A stretch of 64,000 bases of DNA from Cyanophora paradoxa CCMP329 (lineage: Eukaryota; Plantae; Glaucophyta): the NCBI GenBank assembly GCA_004431415.1, contig QPMI01000427.1, forward strand, positions 116,030-180,029. Direction: 5' to 3'. The notes under the pieces are model-generated. The model saw only the letters and a program-made list of their open reading frames with translations. It ran no database searches and was not told where the DNA came from. The translations under genes and the position numbers were made by a program. Positions 33,691 through 43,600 of this stretch are shown piece by piece. Within the stretch, counting starts at the first letter, position 1. The number at the start of each line of letters is the position of its first letter.

Positions 33691-34407
33691 TTAGATTTCG
33701 TTTAGGATCGCTTTATCACCCAGAATTTCGGCGGCTTTCTCATTGTAAAATCGAGCTGCGTCTTCCTTTGTGTCACATATTTTGCGCCATCTCTGTTTGT
33801 TATGCATGAAACTCGCTTCCCACTTTCCAGATCTCGTTTGATTGACACCACGATAACCACTCGAATTCGTTGATTTCAGCAATCTACGAGTTAGATTTAC
33901 AGGATCCACATCATTAAGAACCGCAAGATCGCCGAACAGTTCGGTTGCTTTTGCATTGTATGCTGCTGCGGCTTCTTCTTTCGTGTTGAAGCATCCGAGA
34001 TTATAAGAAATTCCGTTCTTTTGAATTTCAGCTCTCCATTTTCCAGTGTCTTTTCTCTGCATCACTCCTTTGAGACCTGACTTATTTGTTCGTCTCACGC
34101 CAGTGTTAATGACGCTCTCTTGCGGGGTTAAAAAGCGAAGATTGCAACGCCTATTATCCAATTTATCTCTGCTAATGTGATCTACAAAGTGCCCATCGCG
34201 GCTTCCCATAATCCACTTGTGCATGTCAATATTCTTGCCCTTTCCAACATAGCCCCATGCGTAACCTCTGACATTATGAAAATACCACTTACTGATTTTA
34301 GTGACATGCTCATAGTCTGCTTCATCGACAAGCGCAAATTTGCCTTCTCCATGCTTTCCATTAAGTGCAATTCGCCTAATGCCTTCCATTTGTCCGCCGT
34401 ATTCCAT
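33691..34407 (-). CDS. HNH homing endonuclease with two AP2 DNA-binding domains
   Basis: FALVDEADY, VDHISRDKLDNRRCNLR, SGLKGV...KWRAEI...LGCFNTKEEAAAAYN, second SGYRGV...KWEA...EDAARFYN. Confidence 0.9.
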   Translation of the reverse strand: MEYGGQMEGIRRIALNGKHGEGKFALVDEADYEHVTKISKWYFHNVRGYAWGYVGKGKNIDMHKWIMGSRDGHFVDHISRDKLDNRRCNLRFLTPQESVINTGVRRTNKSGLKGVMQRKDTGKWRAEIQKNGISYNLGCFNTKEEAAAAYNAKATELFGDLAVLNDVDPVNLTRRLLKSTNSSGYRGVNQTRSGKWEASFMHNKQRWRKICDTKEDAARFYNEKAAEILGDKAILNEI

Positions 34408-34479
34408 AATACTGTAAATTGTCTTGTCCTTAAATGGGCAAAAGATAAAAAGAACGTCATTTTTTGTCCGACGAATTCC

Positions 34480-35791
34480 TTAGCTACTTACACGCCTGAT
34501 TCCGTCGGCGCCAATTATCATGATATTATGAGCGAGGGCAATGCACTGAATTTGCATCTTCTGATACGCGGAGCCCGCATACCACTCCTCATTACCGACT
34601 CCTCCGGCTGTGACACCGTTGAATTCGAAGACCAGATCGAACGCCGATGTGCCTGTGGCATCGATGTAGCCCGTGTTCTCTTGGTTGAGAAGCGACGCCT
34701 TTCCGTTTCCAGCACCGAAGTAAATGCCAGAGAGAGCCGGGTAGCTTGTGCTCTCGGTGAAAATCGCCGCATCATATTTATCTTGAAGTTCGGTCGCGGC
34801 AATCATGAGAGGAAGCGAAGTATTGGAGTAAAGGCGGTTATTGTTGAGTTCCACATAGAAGCTTACGGCGTTGGTTCTGAGTGCACGAGGAGCCAGAACC
34901 GAGAGAGTTCCGTTGTTAACCTTCGTCTTCGCGTTTTGGCGCACAGAGAATACGAGAGTGTGGATGAGACCCGCACCTGTGAGTTGCGAGAGATTGACTC
35001 GCGAACCGGAGGCGGTCGGCTGGAAATCTGTGTGTAGGAAACCGATTTCGTTGTAGGGATCGCGATGCCAGTCGATTTAACACGGGCAATGGTCTCAGAT
35101 ACAACCGCCTCATCGGCATTTACGACCTTGCAGATAATGCGGGGTTTCAGCACTTGAAGGGAAGCACCACTGTTTACGACCGAAATATTGCCAACATTGT
35201 TTACATCCTCAATGATACCATCACCAATCGCCTTGAATTCGATTTCGACCACGATCTCAGAGTTCAGAGCGCAAAGTGGGAACATCGCCTTCTCGAAAGG
35301 AGAGGGTAAATCGATTTCGTAGGTTCCACCGACAGTGTTACCAGCGGTTCCGACAAGACCACCCACATAGCGAAGTTTCTTATCGAGTTCGCCCTGTTCG
35401 GTCATCAGTAGAAAATACTGGGTGACGAAATCCTCTGGGACAACGTAGCGGAATGAAGCGTGAGAGATTTCGATGCGCTTAATTAGCGATCCAATAACGC
35501 GAAGGTAGCCAGTAGTTCCAGCGACACCATTCGTGAGATCAGTGAGGGTGATCGGGTTAAGATCGAGTTGCAGCGCGAGACCATTCAGGAAATGGTAGCG
35601 GGGGATTTTGAAGACAACTCGGTTGCCGAGAGCGCTGGGTGGCTCAGTGTCGGGGCGACCAGAACTCGAAGTGGCTTAGTGCCAGAGGACGTTCCAATGA
35701 CCAGCGACTTGTTTAGGAAATAATCCTTGTAGTCGTCGGTGGTGAGCATAGATTTCAGCGTTGGGCGCTGGAATTGGCTGTTAGTCTCCAT
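34480..35791 (-). CDS. Major capsid protein of PLV-1 (double jelly-roll; at least two frameshifts)
   Basis: Fragments align with 50415-51782: FPLCALNSEIVVEIEFK, VKSTGIAIP, VRQNA..V.NG..SVL, GYIDAT, ALAHNIMIIGADGIRRV. Confidence 0.82.
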
Positions 35792-35838
35792 GAGCGTTTC
35801 TTCTCTTATCTTTGGGTTCAGAAAATAATTTACAGGGC

Positions 35839-36765
35839 TCAGTAGAAATTCATTTCCGGCGGTGCGTCGTAGGTTTCGATTTCAAAAGTGAAATAATGCG
35901 CCCAAACCCCGAAATCTAAGAGAGCGCCATCATGGTCGATGAGTTTAATCGTCAAGCGGTCGAACGATTTTAATTCGCGGAATTCTCGAATGAGAGGCAC
36001 CGTAGTGGACGTGTCGAAGTGGTAGATATCACCATGTTCGAGTTCCTGTGGGATTGGAATGCGCATGAAATAACCATCGACGTACTTGTTGACTGAGCGA
36101 ATAAACGGCGCAAATTCGTCAATATATAGCCAGATCATCGCCGCCGGGGTCTCATCTCCACGAGTATAGCCGCGAATGCGCCGATTGAGTGTCACAGTTC
36201 CCGTCCCAGGATTGAATACAAGGAATGTATCGCTTGCAAAAGGGGTAAATGTCTCGTAAACATATAGTTGAATTTCTTTGAAACCGAATATTGCGAGTTT
36301 CTTAGCGATTGCTTTGCGGTTACTGGATTTTCTGAGTGTGGCTTCGGAAGCCTGAGAGAACTTGAACCAAAAGTTACTATCACTGAAAAACTCATAGATC
36401 TTTGAAGTAGTATTATAGCGGCATTTAATATATTTTCCACCGAAGTCTGAAAGGCGAGCTGCTTCGAGTCTTTCTGTGACTTTTGCGGCAAGGTCGTCCT
36501 TGGTGTAAAATCCTTTGGGGATTGTGATGGTCACGAATCCGGAATCCGAAGCTGTGACCGAGAAATAGAGTTCCATGCGCTCGATGGTTGCACCAGTGGC
36601 ATCGATATCGTTCGTCACAGTCGAAAGAACATTGGGAATCGTTGCCTGCACCAGGCGCACCGATTTTACGTTGTCATAGCGACGGGGTAATGTCACTACA
36701 TACTGGTTTGGCTGAGTAAACTCCTCATCGCGATCATCGCTCGAAAAGCTCAGGTATTCTTTCAT
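35839..36765 (-). CDS. Minor capsid (penton-like) protein
   Basis: N-terminal SSDDRD...YVVTLPRRYDNVKSVRLVQATIPN and C-terminal LTIKLIDHDGALLDF...FTFEIE; adjacent to MCP; homologous to 48389-49321 and 49351-50361. Confidence 0.8.
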   Translation of the reverse strand: MKEYLSFSSDDRDEEFTQPNQYVVTLPRRYDNVKSVRLVQATIPNVLSTVTNDIDATGATIERMELYFSVTASDSGFVTITIPKGFYTKDDLAAKVTERLEAARLSDFGGKYIKCRYNTTSKIYEFFSDSNFWFKFSQASEATLRKSSNRKAIAKKLAIFGFKEIQLYVYETFTPFASDTFLVFNPGTGTVTLNRRIRGYTRGDETPAAMIWLYIDEFAPFIRSVNKYVDGYFMRIPIPQELEHGDIYHFDTSTTVPLIREFRELKSFDRLTIKLIDHDGALLDFGVWAHYFTFEIETYDAPPEMNFY

Positions 36766-36862
36766 CTTACTATAATAGATTATGAAAAGAATAACAATAA
36801 ATTGCGACAGTAGAGACCTTGAAAACGGCGTGCTGCACTTGAAAACGCGCCTTAATAATGTT

Positions 36863-36935
36863 ACACATATGAATATTCATATTTTAATCCCTCGGCGTTC
36901 CGCCTCAGGATTAAAATATGAATATTCATATGTGT
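36863..36935. repeat. Terminal palindrome/hairpin: 28-bp perfect arms, 17-nt loop
   Basis: acacatatgaatattcatattttaatcc (36863-36890) / ggattaaaatatgaatattcatatgtgt (36908-36935). Confidence 0.92.
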
Positions 36936-37653
36936 GATTCGATGTTATATCAATAAAATCGATTAATTTATTTGAATTTTCACATGAATTTTCATATTTT
37001 TATATGCAATTTCAATTAATTTAATCGATGTTATATCGATAAACTCGATTAATCGATATTGTATCTTAATTGTAGTTAATCGGAATTATATCAATAACTT
37101 CGATTGATCTTAATTGAATCCTAAATGAATCTAATCGGAATTATATCAATAAATTCGATTAAATCATGTTCTTTTCCGATTAAATCAATTAAATATTTAA
37201 CTTTGTTATCAGAAGTGGTCTAAGTTGACTCACTTTTCATAAACATTTTGAACTCTTAGTCTCTTTGAATTTCTTAAGATGACTCAACTTAGTCAACTTA
37301 GTCAACTTTGTTACCATAATCAATCAGGGTGGACTCACTTTTAGATCAACTTTGAAATTTCAAGCAAAATCAACTTGGATTTCAAAAGTGGATCTTCTAA
37401 GTGGACTCAAAATGTTCACTTTGTGATACATGTTAGCTCAAATCCTTACTGTTTATGGTCAGGGTTGACTAAGTGGGGGGAGTTGACACATTTTTTGAAA
37501 TCCTTTTTAGAAAACTTTAGGTCCCAAATATTTCCTGTGAAATTTGAGTCAACTCAACCCACTTAGTCAACCCTTGCATTGAATTCGTAACAAAATCCAT
37601 ATACTATTACTACTTTTACGATTAATATGAGTCAACCTTGAGTCCACTTTAAT
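36922..37653 (+). repeat. Left terminal inverted repeat of PLV-2 (portion matched within the window)
   Basis: Near-identical reverse complement of 63272-64000. Confidence 0.95.
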
Positions 37654-37874
37654 TATAGGGGGAATCTTGGGCAGATGCTGAGGTTTTAGTGTAAGGAAAT
37701 CGAACATTATTCTAATTATTTGACATTGCTTAATGTAGGGTGCATTCATATTTCGGCTACATCATACAGTAGAATTTCTATCGTAAAGAATGACCGGAAT
37801 CCGGAAAATAATCATTGTAGAAAGCTTTTGTAATAAAAAAGGTAAATCACCCTGATTGTCATTATAGAAACTCA

Positions 37875-38273
37875 TCAAAACGGGAATCTATCATGTTTAT
37901 GTCTCTCAGTCTTCTCAAATGTTAAGAAATTCATTGTTTTATCGATCTCATCTGCAACTGCTTGTGTTTTATGCTGAGCTTCTTTACCACAACTGAATAT
38001 ATCAATTGCTAACATGCCTTCATTGGAATAACAATGAGCTGTGCAATGGCTTTCATCTAATAGCAGAACCAATGCAAAACCAGGAGGTGATACTTTGCCA
38101 TCAAATATTTCACAGTGTTTATGAACAATCCTAATACCTTGTCTCAATATAGCTTGTTCAAGGGTTCTCATAATCCAATTACCAAGAAAGCTAACATGCT
38201 CATAACCTGTTGCTATAGCTGTTTTAGCCTTGTAATCAAGCATTACATGAAAGCCTCTGTATTTAGTCTCCAT
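37875..38273 (-). CDS. speD: S-adenosylmethionine decarboxylase proenzyme, short prokaryotic type
   Basis: GFHVMLD, LLLDE-SHCTAH, IDIFSCG; clear homologue of 24330-24722 (YRGxHVMLDY, FDGxxSPPGFA, RFP). Confidence 0.9.
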   Translation of the reverse strand: METKYRGFHVMLDYKAKTAIATGYEHVSFLGNWIMRTLEQAILRQGIRIVHKHCEIFDGKVSPPGFALVLLLDESHCTAHCYSNEGMLAIDIFSCGKEAQHKTQAVADEIDKTMNFLTFEKTERHKHDRFPF

Positions 38274-38302
38274 TAAGAATACCTTAGAAAAATTAATTAA
38301 TC

Positions 38303-38575
38303 CTAATCGAACCTAATGCAAACATCCCTATACTCTACTCTAATTGATGAAGTAGCCCTTTTCCTATGTGCTTGACTTTTTCTTTTATTACAGTCCCTAC
38401 ACCCTGATCCCTTCACATGATTAAATGGATATGTAAGGATCACCTTATTACACTGCAAACATCTAACAGATACTTTCTCTTGAGCTTTGATGTAATGTGT
38501 CTCACTGTAATCGAATTTATCTTTACCATGAACTGTCATAGCAGCATCAATAAACTTTTTTGTTTTACTATCCAT
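38303..38575 (-). CDS. Small Zn-binding protein resembling the DUF723-like module of viral endonucleases
   Basis: FIDAAMTVHGKDKFDYSETHY...VRCLQC...PFNHVKGSGCRDC. Confidence 0.7.
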   Translation of the reverse strand: MDSKTKKFIDAAMTVHGKDKFDYSETHYIKAQEKVSVRCLQCNKVILTYPFNHVKGSGCRDCNKRKSQAHRKRATSSIRVEYRDVCIRFD

Positions 38576-38597
38576 ACTCTATATATAACCAATATTC

Positions 38598-39431
38598 TTA
38601 TGGAGCAGTATCCTGCCCAAAAATGGGGAAATATCGATTTGTGCCATAATACTCAGCATAGGTATTCTGCCTTGCAATAAAATCGGTTCTCTCAGCATAT
38701 AATACACACTTGTAGATACCAAACTTGGTGGCTCTAACCAGAAACTGATAGTCTTCCAAACCGAAATTGACTCCATGATAAGCAATACCAAAATTATCAT
38801 ATGGGGTGATCACAACAGCAAAATTAGGAGTTCCACCCTCTACTTGACAAAGAGCATAAACATCTGGTGGGATATCCACAACTACCTTGTAGTGGTCACC
38901 AATTTCAACAAGAGAGTCTACTACTGCTGTTTGTTCATTCACAACAATTGGGAATATCTTGATAATGTATGGGGCATTCATGCTGGGGACATAGGTTCGA
39001 ATTCTGGTGTTAGGATCAATGGGATTGGGTTGATCATTCACAAATAAAGGCGCTCCAACAGCCCCACCAACCCGAAGACCATCACCAATATAAGCTCCCC
39101 CCGATTTGCAGTTAATAGCTCCCGACCTAGATTCAAAAGAATAAGTAGACAGAGGATCTCCATAGCTATCTGGGTCTCCATAATGAGCAGAAAAGTTTGC
39201 ATTTGTGACAAGTAGCTTAGTTGTCTTAACTATTCCATTATTTTTATCACATCTGAGTTCCTGTAATCTCAGCTTGTGGGTGGAACCAAATGTATTCATT
39301 GTAGGTTGGACCTCTGTGGATTGGAGACCCTCTACATCATCAAAGGTAGCATGCTGTAAAACATGGTTTGCTGGGGCAGCTAATGATAGTTGAGGTGTAA
39401 TAATTCGTTCAAGTGGGGGTTGCTCAGCCAT
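38598..39431 (-). CDS. Hypothetical, possibly virion fibre-associated protein (paralogue of 39455-40255)
   Basis: Shared ELRxDKNxGxVKTTxLLVTNANF and SGGAxIGxGxRVxG. Confidence 0.7.
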   Translation of the reverse strand: MAEQPPLERIITPQLSLAAPANHVLQHATFDDVEGLQSTEVQPTMNTFGSTHKLRLQELRCDKNNGIVKTTKLLVTNANFSAHYGDPDSYGDPLSTYSFESRSGAINCKSGGAYIGDGLRVGGAVGAPLFVNDQPNPIDPNTRIRTYVPSMNAPYIIKIFPIVVNEQTAVVDSLVEIGDHYKVVVDIPPDVYALCQVEGGTPNFAVVITPYDNFGIAYHGVNFGLEDYQFLVRATKFGIYKCVLYAERTDFIARQNTYAEYYGTNRYFPIFGQDTAP

Positions 39432-39454
39432 TTTACATTAAAGGGATATATCTT

Positions 39455-40255
39455 TTATGGGGTTGGGTCATCAATTACATCTGGTTCCATGTAAAATCCT
39501 GTTGTGAATATATCAGCAACATTTACCCCACGAAGTGCTGATACAGCTGCTATATCTGTTCTCAGTCCCATAATCATAGTATTGTATACTCCAACCTCAG
39601 TGACAAACAGATCATAGGTAAATGTCAAATTGTTATAAACACAATATCCTCTGCCAAAATGGTTCGAAGCTTGAATAAAGAATAAGTAGTTGTGTCCTGG
39701 TTGATTATTATTGGCTCTACACATGGAAAGCATTGCAGTGGGAAGAGGAATATTTCTTCTTACTCGATCAGTTCCTGTAATGGAAACTAATTCCGAATTC
39801 TCAAGAGTTACAGAGGATGCAACATAGAAATGCAAAAAAGGTTGCTGTGCAACAGGTGTGTAGAAACGAATTCGTTGTGGGTTCTCCACATTTTGTTCGA
39901 GAGTATCTGGGACATCATTGTAGGAAACAGATGAAGATAGCTGACCTGAAACTCTGCAGCCACCACCAATAAATGCTCCTCCTGATCTCACAGTAACAGC
40001 TGCAGAATTCTTGTCGAAATCAAGGGCTTTCAGATCAACACTGTAAGCATCTGGACCTCCATTAGTAGGTTGGAAGAAGTTTGCATTTGTGACAAGGAGT
40101 CGAGTTGTTTTCACCACACCTGAATTCTTATCAGCTCTCAGCTCTTTAACTCGAATAATCGAATTCTTATCAAAGGAGTTACCATTGGAATTGGGTCTCT
40201 CTGTGGATTCTAAACCACGAACCTCATCATTAACTTCATGCTGGCGAAAATGCAT
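39455..40255 (-). CDS. Hypothetical, possibly virion fibre-associated protein (true start may be at 40308 via a frameshift)
   Basis: Paralogy with 38598-39431; promoter-like motif upstream of ATG at 40308. Confidence 0.7.
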   Translation of the reverse strand: MHFRQHEVNDEVRGLESTERPNSNGNSFDKNSIIRVKELRADKNSGVVKTTRLLVTNANFFQPTNGGPDAYSVDLKALDFDKNSAAVTVRSGGAFIGGGCRVSGQLSSSVSYNDVPDTLEQNVENPQRIRFYTPVAQQPFLHFYVASSVTLENSELVSITGTDRVRRNIPLPTAMLSMCRANNNQPGHNYLFFIQASNHFGRGYCVYNNLTFTYDLFVTEVGVYNTMIMGLRTDIAAVSALRGVNVADIFTTGFYMEPDVIDDPTP

Positions 40256-40347
40256 TGCAGGGATCCAAGGGAATATATAGGCAGTTGAACTCGATTATAT
40301 TCACCCATTGCTTCTTTTACTAAGAAGTAAAGAAAAATAAACTGCAA

Positions 40348-40653
40348 TCAAGCCAAAGTGATTAAATTCGATCCAAGGGATTGGTAGGCAACTGAAAGTG
40401 ATTGAAGGTTGGATGTCATCGCTTTGAGGTTAGAATCACATTCACCATATTTTTTTACTGGGTCACCATGAGCCGATTGCGCAAGGACATTAACCAAGAG
40501 GTTTTTATACTCATTTACAACTGGTGAGAGCTTGTTAGTTTGCTGAATCGTTTTTTCAACTGTTTGTAATGCGTTTACAAGGGTGATTGTATCGAAAGAA
40601 AGCGCAACAGGCTCAGTTGAATAGGTGGTTCCACCAAGAGGATAGGTCGCCAT
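40348..40653 (-). CDS. Hypothetical protein
   Basis: ATG-initiated ORF packed 3 bp after the fibre gene. Confidence 0.6.
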   Translation of the reverse strand: MATYPLGGTTYSTEPVALSFDTITLVNALQTVEKTIQQTNKLSPVVNEYKNLLVNVLAQSAHGDPVKKYGECDSNLKAMTSNLQSLSVAYQSLGSNLITLA

Positions 40654-40656
40654 TTA

Positions 40657-43600
40657 TTATACTTTGACATTTTTAATTTGGTCTATTTGATCCTGTAGAT
40701 CTTTGCATTTTTGGGACAACTCCTTCACAGCTTCAATGAGAACTGGAATTAAACCTGTGTATTCAAGAGATAGGTAGCCATCGTCTTTTTTAACATTAAC
40801 TACCTCTGGTATTACCTTTTGAACATCTTGTGCAATTAAACCTAATCTTGTTCCGTCTTTTTCACTTCCAATTCGTTTAAAACTTACTCCTTCTAATTTT
40901 TCAATCGCTGAAAGAGCGCCGGTTATCTTTTTAATATCTGTTTTATATCTTATGTCACTTCCTTGTGTTAAATACCCTCCTATCCACATCCAACCACCAT
41001 GATACATGTAACAAATATCAGTATCTTGCTCATTTCGGAATACAAGGGGAATATCTCCCCTTCCTTTCAAATATGTAGAAGTATTATTACCGAAATGGAT
41101 ACGATTGTATCCATCACTGGAATTAAACCAAGTCCCCACAGCTCCTGTTAAGATATTTGGTTTGCTATAAATATTATCCCAATGATAAAACCCGGTGTGA
41201 CCACCATAACTACCCATATACCAAAGTCGAGAGAATCCAATACCCATTAAATGAACTCTTCCGACTTTACAAACAATTCTAAGATGTGTAAAACGATTAC
41301 CAAGCTGAATAGCAACATTATTTATTCCATTGTGGTGTCCATCATATGCTTCTGGGTATGGATGGTAACTATTTACTCTTGTAATAAAAACAAGGTTACC
41401 ATTTCGATTAAGACCCCACACCTCAAAATATCTACAATTTGACCATGGAAGGTAGGTAATAAATGCTGTTGAACTATAAAAATTCGCATTTATGGTATAT
41501 TGAACCCATGCACTGGATGTTTGGTCATCGGACTCATTATTATAAAGATTCGCTCCATAATTGTAATAAGGATCCCATGCGGTTCCTGTTCCTGAACTCC
41601 AACCTCCACTTATCGAGGAATATTGCGTTGCATTCATTGAATAATCAAACATAAACGAATATGGAATTTTAGAATCCAATATACGTATATCAGTATCAGC
41701 ATTCACAGAATTTACATTAATATCTCCATTTTTATAAATCTTCATTATGTCTCGATCATCTTGATTTCTAAACTCAATACAAACATTTTCAGCATTGGGT
41801 CTTCCTCGTATATATGTGCAATCGCCATTACCAAACCAAATTCGCTCGACTGCATCTACTGATTTTAACCATGTGTTAGTTGTCCATTTTGCTGTTGCTG
41901 GAAGGTCTGCGGCTGAATAAAATGACGGTTTGCTAAATATATTATCCCAAGAGATCATGCCCAATTCATTATCTGTTGCTCTCTGTCTACTCCAACCGAA
42001 AACACCCGTTAGATGAATGCGACCTTTTCGACCTTGAACATAAATATATTTGTAAAACTCACAATTGATAGAGACAAACAAAAGACAATTGTGTGTTCCA
42101 TCTTGATTAACTTCCTGAACTACTTGATAAGCATTTACACGCTTTAAGAAATGTTGATATCCATTAACAGTTTGCCCGTAGATATCGAAATATCTACAAT
42201 TACCCCAAGGCATGTGCTGAATATAAAACGATTTCATACCTTCTGGTTTTATCCACCTCATCCAACAACCGCTGCAATCTTCATCATTTTGTGGTGTTGT
42301 ATAACATCCTGTTTGTCCGGTTCTTGGTGTCCATCCTGTAACAGTCCAATTATTCGCGCTTCTATCTGATGAAACCACATCTAATTGGTCGAAATCGTAA
42401 CCTTTTGGTATTGTGGTTCCGCCAATTTGTAAAGTGGTAGCATTCACAGTTCCTGTTACAGTTCCACCTGTTAGAGGTAGATAATTAGCAAGTGCCTCCG
42501 TTAATTCGGTATCTGTAACAAAATCTGTAACAGCTAACTGTAATTCTGTATTTGTAACATAATCTTTGTTTTCTAAGTAATCATCTGTAACAACACCGGA
42601 AAGGGTGGTATTGTGTAAGTTTTTCGCCGCCATTCTCTGATTGACTTCTAAGGCGCCACCTGATAACGTTTTTATCCACGCCATCTCACATTTTCCGTGA
42701 TCATCTGTGGGTTGTCCCACAACAGGAAGGTAGTTTACAACTTTCTCCCTTGTGAAAACTATCTTAGGTCTTGCTCCATCATATGCGCTTTGATCTGTTA
42801 CATTTACTTGTATCGCTGCTGAAAAATCCGCTACTTGTCCTGTTTCACCCGGGTGATAATTCGTGACATAGATACTGGGGAAAGTATCATTAATTCCTAC
42901 ATTAAAATCGCCACTATACACTCCATTTACGATTGGATCCCTGGGTAATCTTACTGCAAGAGTTCCCACCATCGGTGTGCCGTCTTGACCTGTAAATGAA
43001 CCATTGAGACTAACATAATGATCATTCAAAAATAGCCTTTCAGGTGTATTACTCGATTGGTAAAGTGTGACTCCATTAAAAACGTTTCCGATTGCATTCA
43101 ATTGGGCAAAAACTGGCTGTTCGTCTATTTCGTCCCAATTGTGCCTATGTGCAAAATCTGTGATTTGCGCTTTTGTGTGAGTATGGTCAAAATCTGTGAT
43201 TTGCGCTTTTGTGTGAGTATGGTCAAAATCTGTGATTTGCGCTTTTGTGTGAGTATGGTCAAAATCTGTGATTTGCGCTTTTGTGTGAGTATGGTCAAAA
43301 TCTGTGATTTGCGCTTTTGTGTGAGTATGGTCAAAATCTGTGATTTGCGCTTTTGTGTGAGTATGGTCAAAATCTGTTATTTGCGCTTTTGTGTGAGTAT
43401 GGTCAAAATCTGTTATTTGCGCTTTTGTGTGAGTATGGTCAAAATCTGTGATTTGCGCTTTTGTGTGAGTATGGTCAAAATCTGTGATTTGCGCTTTTGT
43501 GTGAGTATGGTCAAAATCTGTGATTTGCGCTTTTGTGTGAGTATGGTCAAAATCTGTGATTTGCGCTTTTGTGTGAGTATGGTCAAAATCTGTTATTTGC

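Larger units (their letters stand above)
22573..36860 (-). mobile_element. Endogenous Polinton-like virus PLV-1 (partial; interrupted by PLV-2)
   Basis: Intronless, gene-dense, AT-richer region with MCP, minor capsid protein, A32-type ATPase, rve integrase and PolB-helicase; collinear with PLV-2. Left boundary approximate. Confidence 0.9.
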
